Source: a virus
DNA: 64,000 nt
Direction: 5' to 3' (one strand)
IMG/VR virus record: IMGVR_UViG_3300045988_177924
The notes under the pieces were generated by a model that searched no databases, was not told the DNA's origin, and saw only the letters and a list, made by a program, of their open reading frames with translations. Shown in pieces: positions 36,346 to 43,974 of the stretch; the first letter of the stretch is position 1, and the number at the start of each line of letters is the position of its first letter. The translations under genes were made by a program, and so were the position numbers.

Positions 36346-36915
36346 ATGAAAATTAAAGAAAGCAAAAAGATGTCCCATAAGGACGTATTACAGTTTTTCA
36401 ACACCCTAACCCTCATCGGCACAAGTATGAGAGGTCTCAAAGAAGAGAGCGATGTAGCTCTCACGGCGTTTTACTCACTCATAATAAGTCGCAGCAGTGT
36501 GGTTGCTTACATAACCCGCGCCCTCGCTCCTATTGGGTTAGAGAAATTTATGCCTACACACAAGCTGGCCACTTACATCACCAAAACCATCGACGAGCGT
36601 CTCATGCAGCGCCTGGCGACTTATTCGTGCCAGAAAACAGAATACGACGAAACCAAAGTCTGCGTAGAGAGACGTAGTGAGCTCACTCTTGACGAAGACC
36701 GTTACACCGACAAAAGGAACGAGTCTCTCACGATGCTCTTCTCTAAACGCGCCAAATATAACTTCTGTTATAATGTCATTTGCACTCAGCTCAACAAAAT
36801 AGCTCAAGCGATGGCGATGACGATTGATTACGCCACGATTCTCCACGAGAGTGAGCAGCGACTACTCACGGCGATGGGGAAAGAGAACGAGCCGTTATTC
36901 AGCGTGAAGGACTAA
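36346..36915 (+). CDS. hypothetical protein
   Basis: AGGAGG SD upstream. 189 aa. Confidence 0.6.
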   Translation: MKIKESKKMSHKDVLQFFNTLTLIGTSMRGLKEESDVALTAFYSLIISRSSVVAYITRALAPIGLEKFMPTHKLATYITKTIDERLMQRLATYSCQKTEYDETKVCVERRSELTLDEDRYTDKRNESLTMLFSKRAKYNFCYNVICTQLNKIAQAMAMTIDYATILHESEQRLLTAMGKENEPLFSVKD

Positions 36916-36949
36916 ACCACGAACCGGCGGCTAATAGGAGAATTGAATT

Positions 36950-37237
36950 ATGATATTTGGAATAACGGCTACTTCGAACTTTGATTATGGATGCACACAA
37001 GGGGAAGAAGACAGGCAAGTACTTCTTCGACACTACCCCCTTTTAGAAGATCGACTAATAGATGGTTGTATGAGGGCGAAAAGATACAATACCTTGTATC
37101 AACTGATTGAAGTCGACACGTTTGAAGAAATTATGGATTTTGTTAAGAAATATAATCGAATAGTGATTGAAAAACTCGAAGACGACAAAGGGGAAACCAG
37201 ATATGTCATCGAAATCTATGATTATTGGAGAGAGTGA
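36950..37237 (+). CDS. hypothetical protein
   Basis: AGGAG SD upstream. 95 aa. Confidence 0.6.
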   Translation: MIFGITATSNFDYGCTQGEEDRQVLLRHYPLLEDRLIDGCMRAKRYNTLYQLIEVDTFEEIMDFVKKYNRIVIEKLEDDKGETRYVIEIYDYWRE

Positions 37238-37308
37238 AACTCGGCAGGTGCTACAGCAATTATAGCACTAGGTAACGACTTAACTTGCTGTAAAAGGAGA
37301 TAACGATT

Positions 37309-37698
37309 ATGAAAATTGGAGCGATTTGGGATGCAAAAGTCATCCATTTGAACTATGTCTTGAGAGGTAAGATGGTGGCCAATGATTCAATGTTGAGTCA
37401 GGAAGCCAATGCAACCACATTGGCTTTCACAATCAATGACGCGGTGTTGACTTCGGGCGAGGAAGACTATATGCCCAAAGTGGGAGACGTGATAACCGTC
37501 GAACTTACCACCAAAGTAATTATGGGCGGCGTTTTTGAGGTTGGCTCAATAAATCTGAGATTGGAGGACGCAGTAATCACCAACATCGACAAGTGCAACA
37601 ACCTGTGTGTGATGGTAAATTTATCAGCGGAACAGTTGACAAAACATCTGACGGACCGTGTGTATGACACGTTTGGAATTAAGAAACATGTGTCATAA
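37309..37698 (+). CDS. hypothetical protein
   Basis: AAGGAG SD upstream. 129 aa. Confidence 0.6.
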   Translation: MKIGAIWDAKVIHLNYVLRGKMVANDSMLSQEANATTLAFTINDAVLTSGEEDYMPKVGDVITVELTTKVIMGGVFEVGSINLRLEDAVITNIDKCNNLCVMVNLSAEQLTKHLTDRVYDTFGIKKHVS

Positions 37699-37731
37699 AA
37701 GGTTGACAAACGACGACGGCTGGTGTATAAT
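37690..37731 (+). promoter_or_regulatory. sigma-A-type promoter with upstream GTCA half-site
   Basis: GTGTCA 37690-37695, N7, TTGACA 37703-37708, N17, TATAAT 37726-37731. Confidence 0.75.
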
Positions 37732-37763
37732 GAGAACATAACAGAAAAGGAGATACAAAAAAA

Positions 37764-38222
37764 ATGGCAAAGTTTAGAGTAGGAGATTTGGTGACAATCC
37801 GCGAATGGGACGATATGGCGCAAGAGTACGGCGTCGCTGACAACGGCGACATTAAGGTATGTATGGGTTTCCCCGCATCTGCAAAGATGCTGTGCGGCAA
37901 GGTTGCTCAAATTACCGAGATTGGTCGCGGCGTTCGTCTTAAGCTCGTGAATCCCGTCAAAGCCCCTTATGTATATTTTACAACCGATATGTTGGAGCCT
38001 TTGTCGGCAAAAGGACGTGTTGATGTAGAAATTGGAAGTTACGCGAAGGTGGTAAGAGGTAAGGCGGAAGGTTGCTTTGTCTTAGTCAGCGACGATGGTC
38101 ATGACTACAACGAGGTCGGCGGCACCGTCGTGTTCCCTAAAGAGAGAAGAGGGGAACACTTCCATTTTGAAGATACAGATTTGGAGCCCGTCACCGAAGA
38201 TGTTAATTGGTTTTGTTTATAA
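37764..38222 (+). CDS. hypothetical protein
   Basis: AAGGAG SD upstream. 152 aa. Confidence 0.6.
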   Translation: MAKFRVGDLVTIREWDDMAQEYGVADNGDIKVCMGFPASAKMLCGKVAQITEIGRGVRLKLVNPVKAPYVYFTTDMLEPLSAKGRVDVEIGSYAKVVRGKAEGCFVLVSDDGHDYNEVGGTVVFPKERRGEHFHFEDTDLEPVTEDVNWFCL

Positions 38223-38233
38223 GGAGTAAGAAG

Positions 38234-38836
38234 ATGGCTGATGAAATTAAACAGACATTCGAAGACTTAACCACCAAACGCTGTCGTACGTGCGCCGTCT
38301 GCGGCAAACCCGAAAACGATGGGTTGCTCTTCGATGACTCTGCGTGGATCTGCAACGACTGCAGAGCGGTGCTGGGTCAGTTAAGAGGATGCTACATTCG
38401 TTCAGTTAGACGTAAAGAGAAGAGCCAGCAAATTAAGAACGGCTTAACCAACGAACGAGCCCGTCTGCTGATCGAAAGCTGGTTCTGTAACTTTTGCCCC
38501 AACAAGGGACAGCCGTGTATGGATACCCTCGAAAGCGAACGGCAGTGCGTGAATGATACAAAGTTAGCGAAGATTGGGTTATACCTCGGACATCGAGAGT
38601 TTCCGCTGATTAAGAATATGAAAGTCAATCGCCCTCGTTTTGTACAAGTACGAGAACAGGAAACGTGCGATAACTGCGGACGAGAATTCCCGTCGGGTAA
38701 CGCTATGGCCAGAGTCGAAGTTTATGGCCGGACGACGGAGAACGAAGTGTGGGCACACAAGTATATTTTCTGCCCGATGTGCGCTAAAATGCTTTTGAGA
38801 AAGGCTGAAAGAGCAGAACAAGAAGGTAATTTATAA
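38234..38836 (+). CDS. Cys-rich (multi-CxxC) protein
   Basis: ATG 38234 follows AAGGAG. Contains CRTCAVCG, CNDC, CDNCG and CPMC. Confidence 0.6.
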   Translation: MADEIKQTFEDLTTKRCRTCAVCGKPENDGLLFDDSAWICNDCRAVLGQLRGCYIRSVRRKEKSQQIKNGLTNERARLLIESWFCNFCPNKGQPCMDTLESERQCVNDTKLAKIGLYLGHREFPLIKNMKVNRPRFVQVREQETCDNCGREFPSGNAMARVEVYGRTTENEVWAHKYIFCPMCAKMLLRKAERAEQEGNL

Positions 38837-38837
38837 G

Positions 38838-38877
38838 CCCATATAGACCGTATGGTCTATATGGGATGTTAATTTTT
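38838..38877 (+). terminator. hairpin or terminator carrying the CCCATAT motif in both arms
   Basis: Perfect 12-bp arms CCCATATAGACC (38838-38849) and GGTCTATATGGG (38854-38865), a 4-nt loop, then ATGTTAATTTTT. Confidence 0.5.
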
Positions 38878-38946
38878 ATGGGTGTGGTCAGAAGTGGTCA
38901 AAAATTTTATACAGCGTCCTGGACCCCTCTGTAAAAAAGGCAATTT

Positions 38947-39006
38947 TTTACCCTAACCGCCCATAACCCGCTATAAACCCCCATAAACCCCCATAAATCA
39001 CTCTAA
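38947..39006 (+). repeat. array of ~10-nt units ending in (C)CATAA or CTAA
   Basis: CCCTAA, CCGCCCATAA, CCCGCTATAA, ACCCCCATAA, ACCCCCATAA, ATCACTCTAA in tandem. Confidence 0.7.
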
Positions 39007-39029
39007 ATCACCGCCAAAGGAGGCAACAA

Positions 39030-39512
39030 ATGACAACTAACTCATCATCGTACGAACTCGAACACGAACTCCGATATCGTCTTCCGAAGTCGGTCTTCGT
39101 CAACCTGCTTACGAGTCCCTACAAACCGTTCACGATTGCTGACCGCGTCATCATCCGTCAGCTTTGGACGTACAACGATGGCGTCAGCCGTAGCCGTATC
39201 CGCGAACTCACCGACAACAACGGAACCTGCACATACACAGCGTGCACCAAGTACAAACTTGATAAAGACAACCAAATCGAGTTTGAGCGGCCCATTCTAC
39301 CGGCCGAATTCGCCAGCGTCCGTAGTCTTTATCCGAACACGGCGCTCGACGAAAAAGTCCGCTTTTACATCTTGACTAAGGAGAACCCGACCTTCTACTT
39401 CGTCGTCGACCTTCGAGCGACATCAGACGAAGCCGTTGTCGAGATTGAATGCGGGAGGGACACACTCGTGAAAATACCGAAGTGGATCACCGAAAACGCG
39501 CTGAAAAAGTGA
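39030..39512 (+). CDS. CYTH-like domain protein (weak call)
   Basis: AGGAGG SD upstream. N-terminal YELEHELRYRL resembles the CYTH ExExK start. Codons are visibly GC-rich and C-ending, unlike neighbouring genes. Confidence 0.45.
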   Translation: MTTNSSSYELEHELRYRLPKSVFVNLLTSPYKPFTIADRVIIRQLWTYNDGVSRSRIRELTDNNGTCTYTACTKYKLDKDNQIEFERPILPAEFASVRSLYPNTALDEKVRFYILTKENPTFYFVVDLRATSDEAVVEIECGRDTLVKIPKWITENALKK

Positions 39513-39556
39513 GCGTATTATATATAGTATATATACATGCGTACGCGCAAGAGAGA

Positions 39557-39583
39557 GAGAGGCCGAGATGCCTCTTTTTTTTA
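39557..39583 (+). terminator. intrinsic terminator
   Basis: GAGAGGC-CGAGAT-GCCTCT followed by T8. Confidence 0.7.
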
Positions 39584-39599
39584 TTATAATAGGGACGGC

Positions 39600-40400
39600 T
39601 GACCACTTGTGACCACCTTATCGAAATCGACACGTTTAAACCGGTCGAAATCGACGGGTTTGAGGGTAGAAAATGGGATAACTTGCACCAAATTGACTCT
39701 TTTTTTTGGCATTATTTGCACCTTTGGCGGCGGACGTTGGCACACATAGGCGGCGGACGTTGGCAGCCGTAGGCATCCGATTTCGTCCTTTTTAACGAGT
39801 ACTAACTTTGCACAAAAACCGCAGGATTCTGTTCGTTTTTGACGCCAATTAGGGACATTTATAGTGACGTTTTGCCACTGATAGTATCATTATAATGTCA
39901 CCGATGGCGTCATCCGCCGCCCGAATCATTAAAAAAACTATACACTTTTAGTAACGAAAGGCACCGAAAACGAGACCTTTGATGTGGACAACTATGTGGA
40001 AAAGTGCACAACTCACCGCAAAATCGATAGTAATTTTTTGTCATTTTAATAGGAATATTTTGTTCTATAATAGGAATATTTTGTCCTACTTCAGGCGGCG
40101 GACGGTGTCATTTTTGTCTAAAGTTATGTACCGTTTATGGTACATTACGTCATCATCGACCGTCATCAGCCGTCGACATCGTATTACAATTTTCGTCACA
40201 AATATCCCAAAATACCCTGTTTTTTATAAAAATGCAGCTCCGCCAGGACGGTTTTGGTAGCGATATGTTCAGTTTTCTAAACCAGTGCGAACGGGTAAAA
40301 AACGGGCGCAGCCGCATAAAAAAATGTCCGCCGCCGATGGTAAATTTTTGCACTATTGAATAGGAAAATTTTGCACTATTTTTTTCTTGAAAAATTTTTT
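39600..40400. repeat. ORF-free field of short direct repeats (iteron-like)
   Basis: TCGAAATCGAC x2 (39621, 39645); GGCGGCGGACGTTGGCA x2 (39726, 39749); AATAGGAATATTTTGT x2 (40048, 40069); TTTTGCACTATT x2 (40346, 40369). Spacings are 21-24 nt. Confidence 0.7.
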
Positions 40401-40420
40401 ATTTTTTTTCTAAAAATATG

Positions 40421-40449
40421 TTGACAAACTGTCGAACCTATGTTATACT
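40421..40449 (+). promoter_or_regulatory. sigma-A-type promoter (no upstream half-site)
   Basis: TTGACA 40421-40426, N17, TATACT 40444-40449. Confidence 0.7.
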
Positions 40450-40479
40450 TAAAGTATAAAAAGATTAGGAGACAGTGAT

Positions 40480-40911
40480 ATGAACAGAGTCATTAAAGCA
40501 ACCAAATTAACCAAGTCGGAAGTCGAAGCCATCAACGCCAGGATCTTCTTCAACAATCTGAAGACAGACACCTTGTGCTGGTCATGCATGAACGCCCGCG
40601 ACAATAAAGAGCATTCCTGCTCGAAGTTCAAGACTGGCGTCCCGGTGGAAGGGAGCAAGTACGAGACGCATCAAGGGGCGTTGGGTGAGGAGTACAACAT
40701 TCGTGAGTGCCCGTGCTTCAAATTCGAGTACGATCGTCCCCAGGCGCTCAAGTCCGTCGTCGGCATCATCGCTCATTGGTGTGATGTGACCACCAGGACT
40801 GTGTGGAGGAATCCGAAGGGATGGGTGGCGATGTACAACAAGATCTGCCCAGAGTGCCAGATTATGCTGGCGGACGAAGATGAAGACGACGAATGGGACG
40901 ATGAGGAGTAA
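40480..40911 (+). CDS. hypothetical Cys-rich protein with an acidic tail
   Basis: AGGAG SD upstream. The C-terminus reads ADEDEDDEWDDEE. Codon usage is GC-rich. Confidence 0.6.
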   Translation: MNRVIKATKLTKSEVEAINARIFFNNLKTDTLCWSCMNARDNKEHSCSKFKTGVPVEGSKYETHQGALGEEYNIRECPCFKFEYDRPQALKSVVGIIAHWCDVTTRTVWRNPKGWVAMYNKICPECQIMLADEDEDDEWDDEE

Positions 40912-40918
40912 GAAAGAT

Positions 40919-40948
40919 ATCCAGGCATAGCAGCCTGGGTATTTTTTT
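40919..40948 (+). terminator. intrinsic terminator
   Basis: ATCCAGGC-ATAGCA-GCCTGGGT followed by ATTTTTTT. Confidence 0.7.
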
Positions 40949-41122
40949 GTGTGTGGGCGGACGCGTGATGGGGAAAAATGGTCTGAGATACCTTTTTTTG
41001 GTTTTTCTTGAGCTTATTTAAGCTCTGTAGTAAAAGAAAAGAGTTTGGTCGACAGATTTATCGACCGAGGTATTTTCGTTTGAGAGATATGATGGCTTCA
41101 TTATACGACAAGTTAGAAGTAT

Positions 41123-41164
41123 TTGTCACCCTGTGTTGACATACCCGCCGCCGTGTGGTATAAT
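41123..41164 (+). promoter_or_regulatory. sigma-A-type promoter with upstream GTCA half-site
   Basis: TTGTCA 41123-41128, N7, TTGACA 41136-41141, N17 (contains CCGCCGCC), TATAAT 41159-41164. Confidence 0.75.
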
Positions 41165-41197
41165 AGAATTATAAAAATATTACTGGAGGTTTAGCTT

Positions 41198-41557
41198 ATG
41201 GTTAAACAAAAAAAGACGTATACGGTTGACGATTTGGTCGCTTTCCCGAATAACCCCTTGGACGAACAAGAGACTTCGATTGTTTTTGAACGCAACAGCG
41301 ATAAGATGACCATCTGGACCAGTGATAACACAATGGTCACCAAACTCAAAAAACTAATGACGAATAATCCCAAAGAGTATAAGTTGGTTTCAATCTCCAC
41401 TTATGATGGGCAACCGGTGGCATATGAATTTGAGGCCCCTAAAAAATTTTTGACACTCAAAACTGCTGGACGTACTTTAACAGATGAGCAACGGGCCGCC
41501 CTTGTTGAGCGTCTAGTTATACAGAACAAGGCCCGTAGCCAGGCGGCGGCCAAGTAA
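41198..41557 (+). CDS. hypothetical protein
   Basis: GGAGG SD upstream. 119 aa. Confidence 0.6.
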   Translation: MVKQKKTYTVDDLVAFPNNPLDEQETSIVFERNSDKMTIWTSDNTMVTKLKKLMTNNPKEYKLVSISTYDGQPVAYEFEAPKKFLTLKTAGRTLTDEQRAALVERLVIQNKARSQAAAK

Positions 41558-41753
41558 AAAAGCCCCCGCACAATAATAACTCTCGCCCAAACACGCTAGA
41601 ATGCCCTTTTTTGGTTTGTACGCTTATCTGTATGTGGATGTGCCAGACAAAAGGGGCTCGGTCGATAGATTTATCAACCCGACCATAAAAAAATAATTCT
41701 ACACGTCTGTACACGAGAGGAAAACCATAACACCCCACAGGAGGGATAATATA

Positions 41754-42128
41754 ATGATTGAGACGACCGTATTCGGAAAAATCATCACCAACATCACCAT
41801 CGGCGAAAAGCAATTGGCTCGCGGTAATAAAATAAAGACGGCGACCTATACTGTCTGTACTGGTAAAGATTTCGGCAAATGGTGCAGCATCGAAGTTGTC
41901 GCCATGGGTAGGCAAGCGACTTACGCCGAACACAATCTTCAAAGAGGCGGGTATGTTTACCTTGTCCTAAATGGCGCTGGAACCGGTGAACCTAATAAGT
42001 TTTCGTTCACTGTGGTTAAGCAACGTAGTGGACCGGTAGACGAAACCAACAACGACGACTCTGCTGAAGGGGCGGCGGACGAGGTTACACCCGAATCCTC
42101 AGAGGACTACGAAGAACTGCCGTTTTAA
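41754..42128 (+). CDS. ssb: short SSB-like OB-fold protein with an acidic/aromatic C-terminal tip
   Basis: V.GKII.. / ATYTVCTGKD / IEVVAMGRQATYAEHNLQRGGYVYL follows the bacterial SSB strand pattern (LIGRLG / a.f.lA / v.fGk.AE...yL.KG..VY.eG). The tail ends in EDYEELPF, like the SSB-Ct DDDIPF. Confidence 0.55.
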   Translation: MIETTVFGKIITNITIGEKQLARGNKIKTATYTVCTGKDFGKWCSIEVVAMGRQATYAEHNLQRGGYVYLVLNGAGTGEPNKFSFTVVKQRSGPVDETNNDDSAEGAADEVTPESSEDYEELPF

Positions 42129-42207
42129 GGCGGCGGGCAATTACGCATATTTACAAGGCGACGGATAGTACATGTCCGCCGCCGACTTTCACAAGGAGAA
42201 AAAGATT

Positions 42208-42525
42208 ATGTTCCACGGATCTGTAATAGGGAAAATTATATCCCCTGTTGAAATAACTAACGAAGAACGCCCCAGTGGTTGTACTCGTAAAAAAGCAACC
42301 TACACTCTCTGCACCGGGAAAGATGGCCTCGGTAAGAATAAACACTTTTGTATTATGGATATGGTAGCCATCGGAGGTGTTGCTCACAAAGCTGAAAAGA
42401 AGCTTAAAAAGGGGGATCATGTTTATGTTGTTTTTCACGCAGAAGCAACTGATGAGAATGGTCATTTTATCTTCTATGTTGATGAACAGACGAAGATGAA
42501 CTACGCCCCAGACACCACCTTCTAA
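42208..42525 (+). CDS. SSB-like OB-fold paralog (no acidic tail)
   Basis: ATG 42208 lies 9 nt after AAGGAG. Shares V.GKII, ATYT.CTGKD and VA.G..A.KAE..L..G..VY.V with 41754-42128. Confidence 0.5.
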   Translation: MFHGSVIGKIISPVEITNEERPSGCTRKKATYTLCTGKDGLGKNKHFCIMDMVAIGGVAHKAEKKLKKGDHVYVVFHAEATDENGHFIFYVDEQTKMNYAPDTTF

Positions 42526-42553
42526 GACTGTTGTAAAAGCGAGCAATCCCCTT

Positions 42554-42583
42554 ATTATATATTTCCTTTAGGAAATATATAAT
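42554..42583. repeat. perfect 14-bp-arm palindrome
   Basis: ATTATATATTTCCT tt AGGAAATATATAAT, followed by CGCGCGCG. Confidence 0.8.
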
Positions 42584-42671
42584 ATCGCGCGCGTGTTATA
42601 TATACTCTCCGAGGGTTTATATATAATATATAAGAGTAATAGATAAATATATAAGAGATAAGAGTAAGATC

Positions 42672-42929
42672 TATTATATATAATATAATATAATATATAA
42701 TAATATTATTATAATAATATAATAATATTAATATATAATAATATAATTATAATAATATAATTATAATAATATAATATTAATATATAATAATATAATATTA
42801 ATATATAATAATATAATTATAATAATATAATTATAATAATATAATATTAATATATAATAATATAATATTAATATATAATAATATAATATATATATAATTA
42901 ATAATATATAAATATATTATTAATATAAA
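42672..42929. repeat. 258-nt stretch of only A and T with a ~70-nt composite tandem repeat
   Basis: No G or C between 42672 and 42929. The units ATAATATTAATATATAATAAT (x2) plus ATAATTATAATAAT (x2) repeat with a ~70-nt period from about 42716 to 42890. Confidence 0.85.
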
Positions 42930-42965
42930 GAAAATAATATATATATAATATATATAAATATATAT

Positions 42966-43165
42966 TAATATATATTAAAAAAGAAAGTAAGAGTAATATC
43001 ATAATATAAGATATAAAAGAGAGAATAGAAGATATAGAATAGAAAACAGAATATAGAGAATATAGAGAATATAGAAGATGAAGATATAAGAAGATAGAAA
43101 GAAAGATTATACTCTTATACTCTTGAATATATTCATATAGTCTACTACTACTACTACTACTACTA
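42966..43165. repeat. C-poor, A/G-rich low-complexity tract with AGAATATAG x3 and (TAC)7
   Basis: The plus strand is almost free of C from 42966 to about 43120. AGAATATAG occurs in tandem near 43047-43075. TAC x7 lies at 43143-43163. Confidence 0.8.
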
Positions 43166-43369
43166 AGAGTAAGAATAAAAATAAAACCTTGGGGCAGCAA
43201 AACTAAACCTCACCAGGAAATAGAAAGGGACTAACGTCCCCTTCAACCCCTACGCGGCTTCGCCAGTGTTTCAAACGCTTACACCTGCGGTGTTGCGCGT
43301 TAATGAAATTGCGCACCCATTTGATCTGTTATCACTCCGGAGAGAGAAATATAAAAAAAAATAAATATT

Positions 43370-43411
43370 TTGTCATTCCCTGTTGACTTTTCACTCTCCC
43401 TGTGTTATAAT
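43370..43411 (+). promoter_or_regulatory. sigma-A-type promoter with upstream GTCA half-site
   Basis: TTGTCA 43370-43375, N7, TTGACT 43383-43388, N17, TATAAT 43406-43411. Confidence 0.75.
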
Positions 43412-43442
43412 ATAAATATAAAGAGAAACAAGGAGGTACCCA

Positions 43443-43631
43443 ATGAGGTTCCAGATGGATTCAAAAAAAGCCACGCGCTCAATCCCCATCCCCCCAGGCG
43501 ACGCTTTTATCTTCGATACGTTCCCCGATGGCATCGAAGACTATCAGCCTACGTCCGATGACGACGCCGTCCTCCTCTCGGGTGATTACGCCGATTTCCT
43601 CGCGTCCATCCCTCCCGATCTCTTCACATAA
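43443..43631 (+). CDS. hypothetical acidic protein (62 aa)
   Basis: AAGGAGG SD upstream, downstream of the promoter at 43370-43411. Confidence 0.55.
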   Translation: MRFQMDSKKATRSIPIPPGDAFIFDTFPDGIEDYQPTSDDDAVLLSGDYADFLASIPPDLFT

Positions 43632-43793
43632 CACGATCCTCGGGGTTAAGCCGCTTAAGGGTGTTGACGGCCGTAAAGAAGGAACGTCGCTGCTTCCCGA
43701 GATCACATACATCGCGCATCTTTTTATTATCACCTCCTATTGCGCCTTGTTTCTTTTACGTATATATATATGTTACCTCCTATTTTTATTTTT

Positions 43794-43837
43794 AAGAACA
43801 CAGTTGCTAGACACCCCGACTGTGTTCTTTTTTTTTG
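43794..43837 (+). terminator. intrinsic terminator closing the plus-strand block
   Basis: AAGAACACAGT (43794-43804) pairs with ACTGTGTTCTT (43819-43829), followed by a T-run to 43837. Confidence 0.75.
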
Positions 43838-43974
43838 CTCTCCTTAGAAGAAAAAACGGGTGCTGACGACGGATGACAAAAAAATAAAAATAGGTCGCTG
43901 ACCTGGTTTGGTGGGGGCCTTATAGGCCATAGTCCTCTGGCATCGTTGCCCTTTGTGTTAAAAAATTTTTTCGT

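Noticed and set aside
42640-42960. Possible CRISPR array, because of the regular repeats
   Set aside because: The units are 14-21 nt, contain only A and T, and abut each other with no unique spacers. No cas genes are present.
42898-43200. 100-aa minus-strand ORF (MLPQGFIFILTLSSSSSSS...YIYY)
   Set aside because: It lies entirely in the AT-only and purine-skewed low-complexity tract. Its composition (I/L/Y/S/F only) is what that DNA yields in any frame, and there is no SD.
43479-43790. Minus-strand ORF 43479-43733 and two AATAGGAGGT SD-like sequences (about 43733-43737 and 43768-43772)
   Set aside because: No start codon lies at a workable distance (0 or 13 nt). The ORF is antisense to the SD-led gene at 43443-43631. 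The GGAGG strings may be incidental or remnants.
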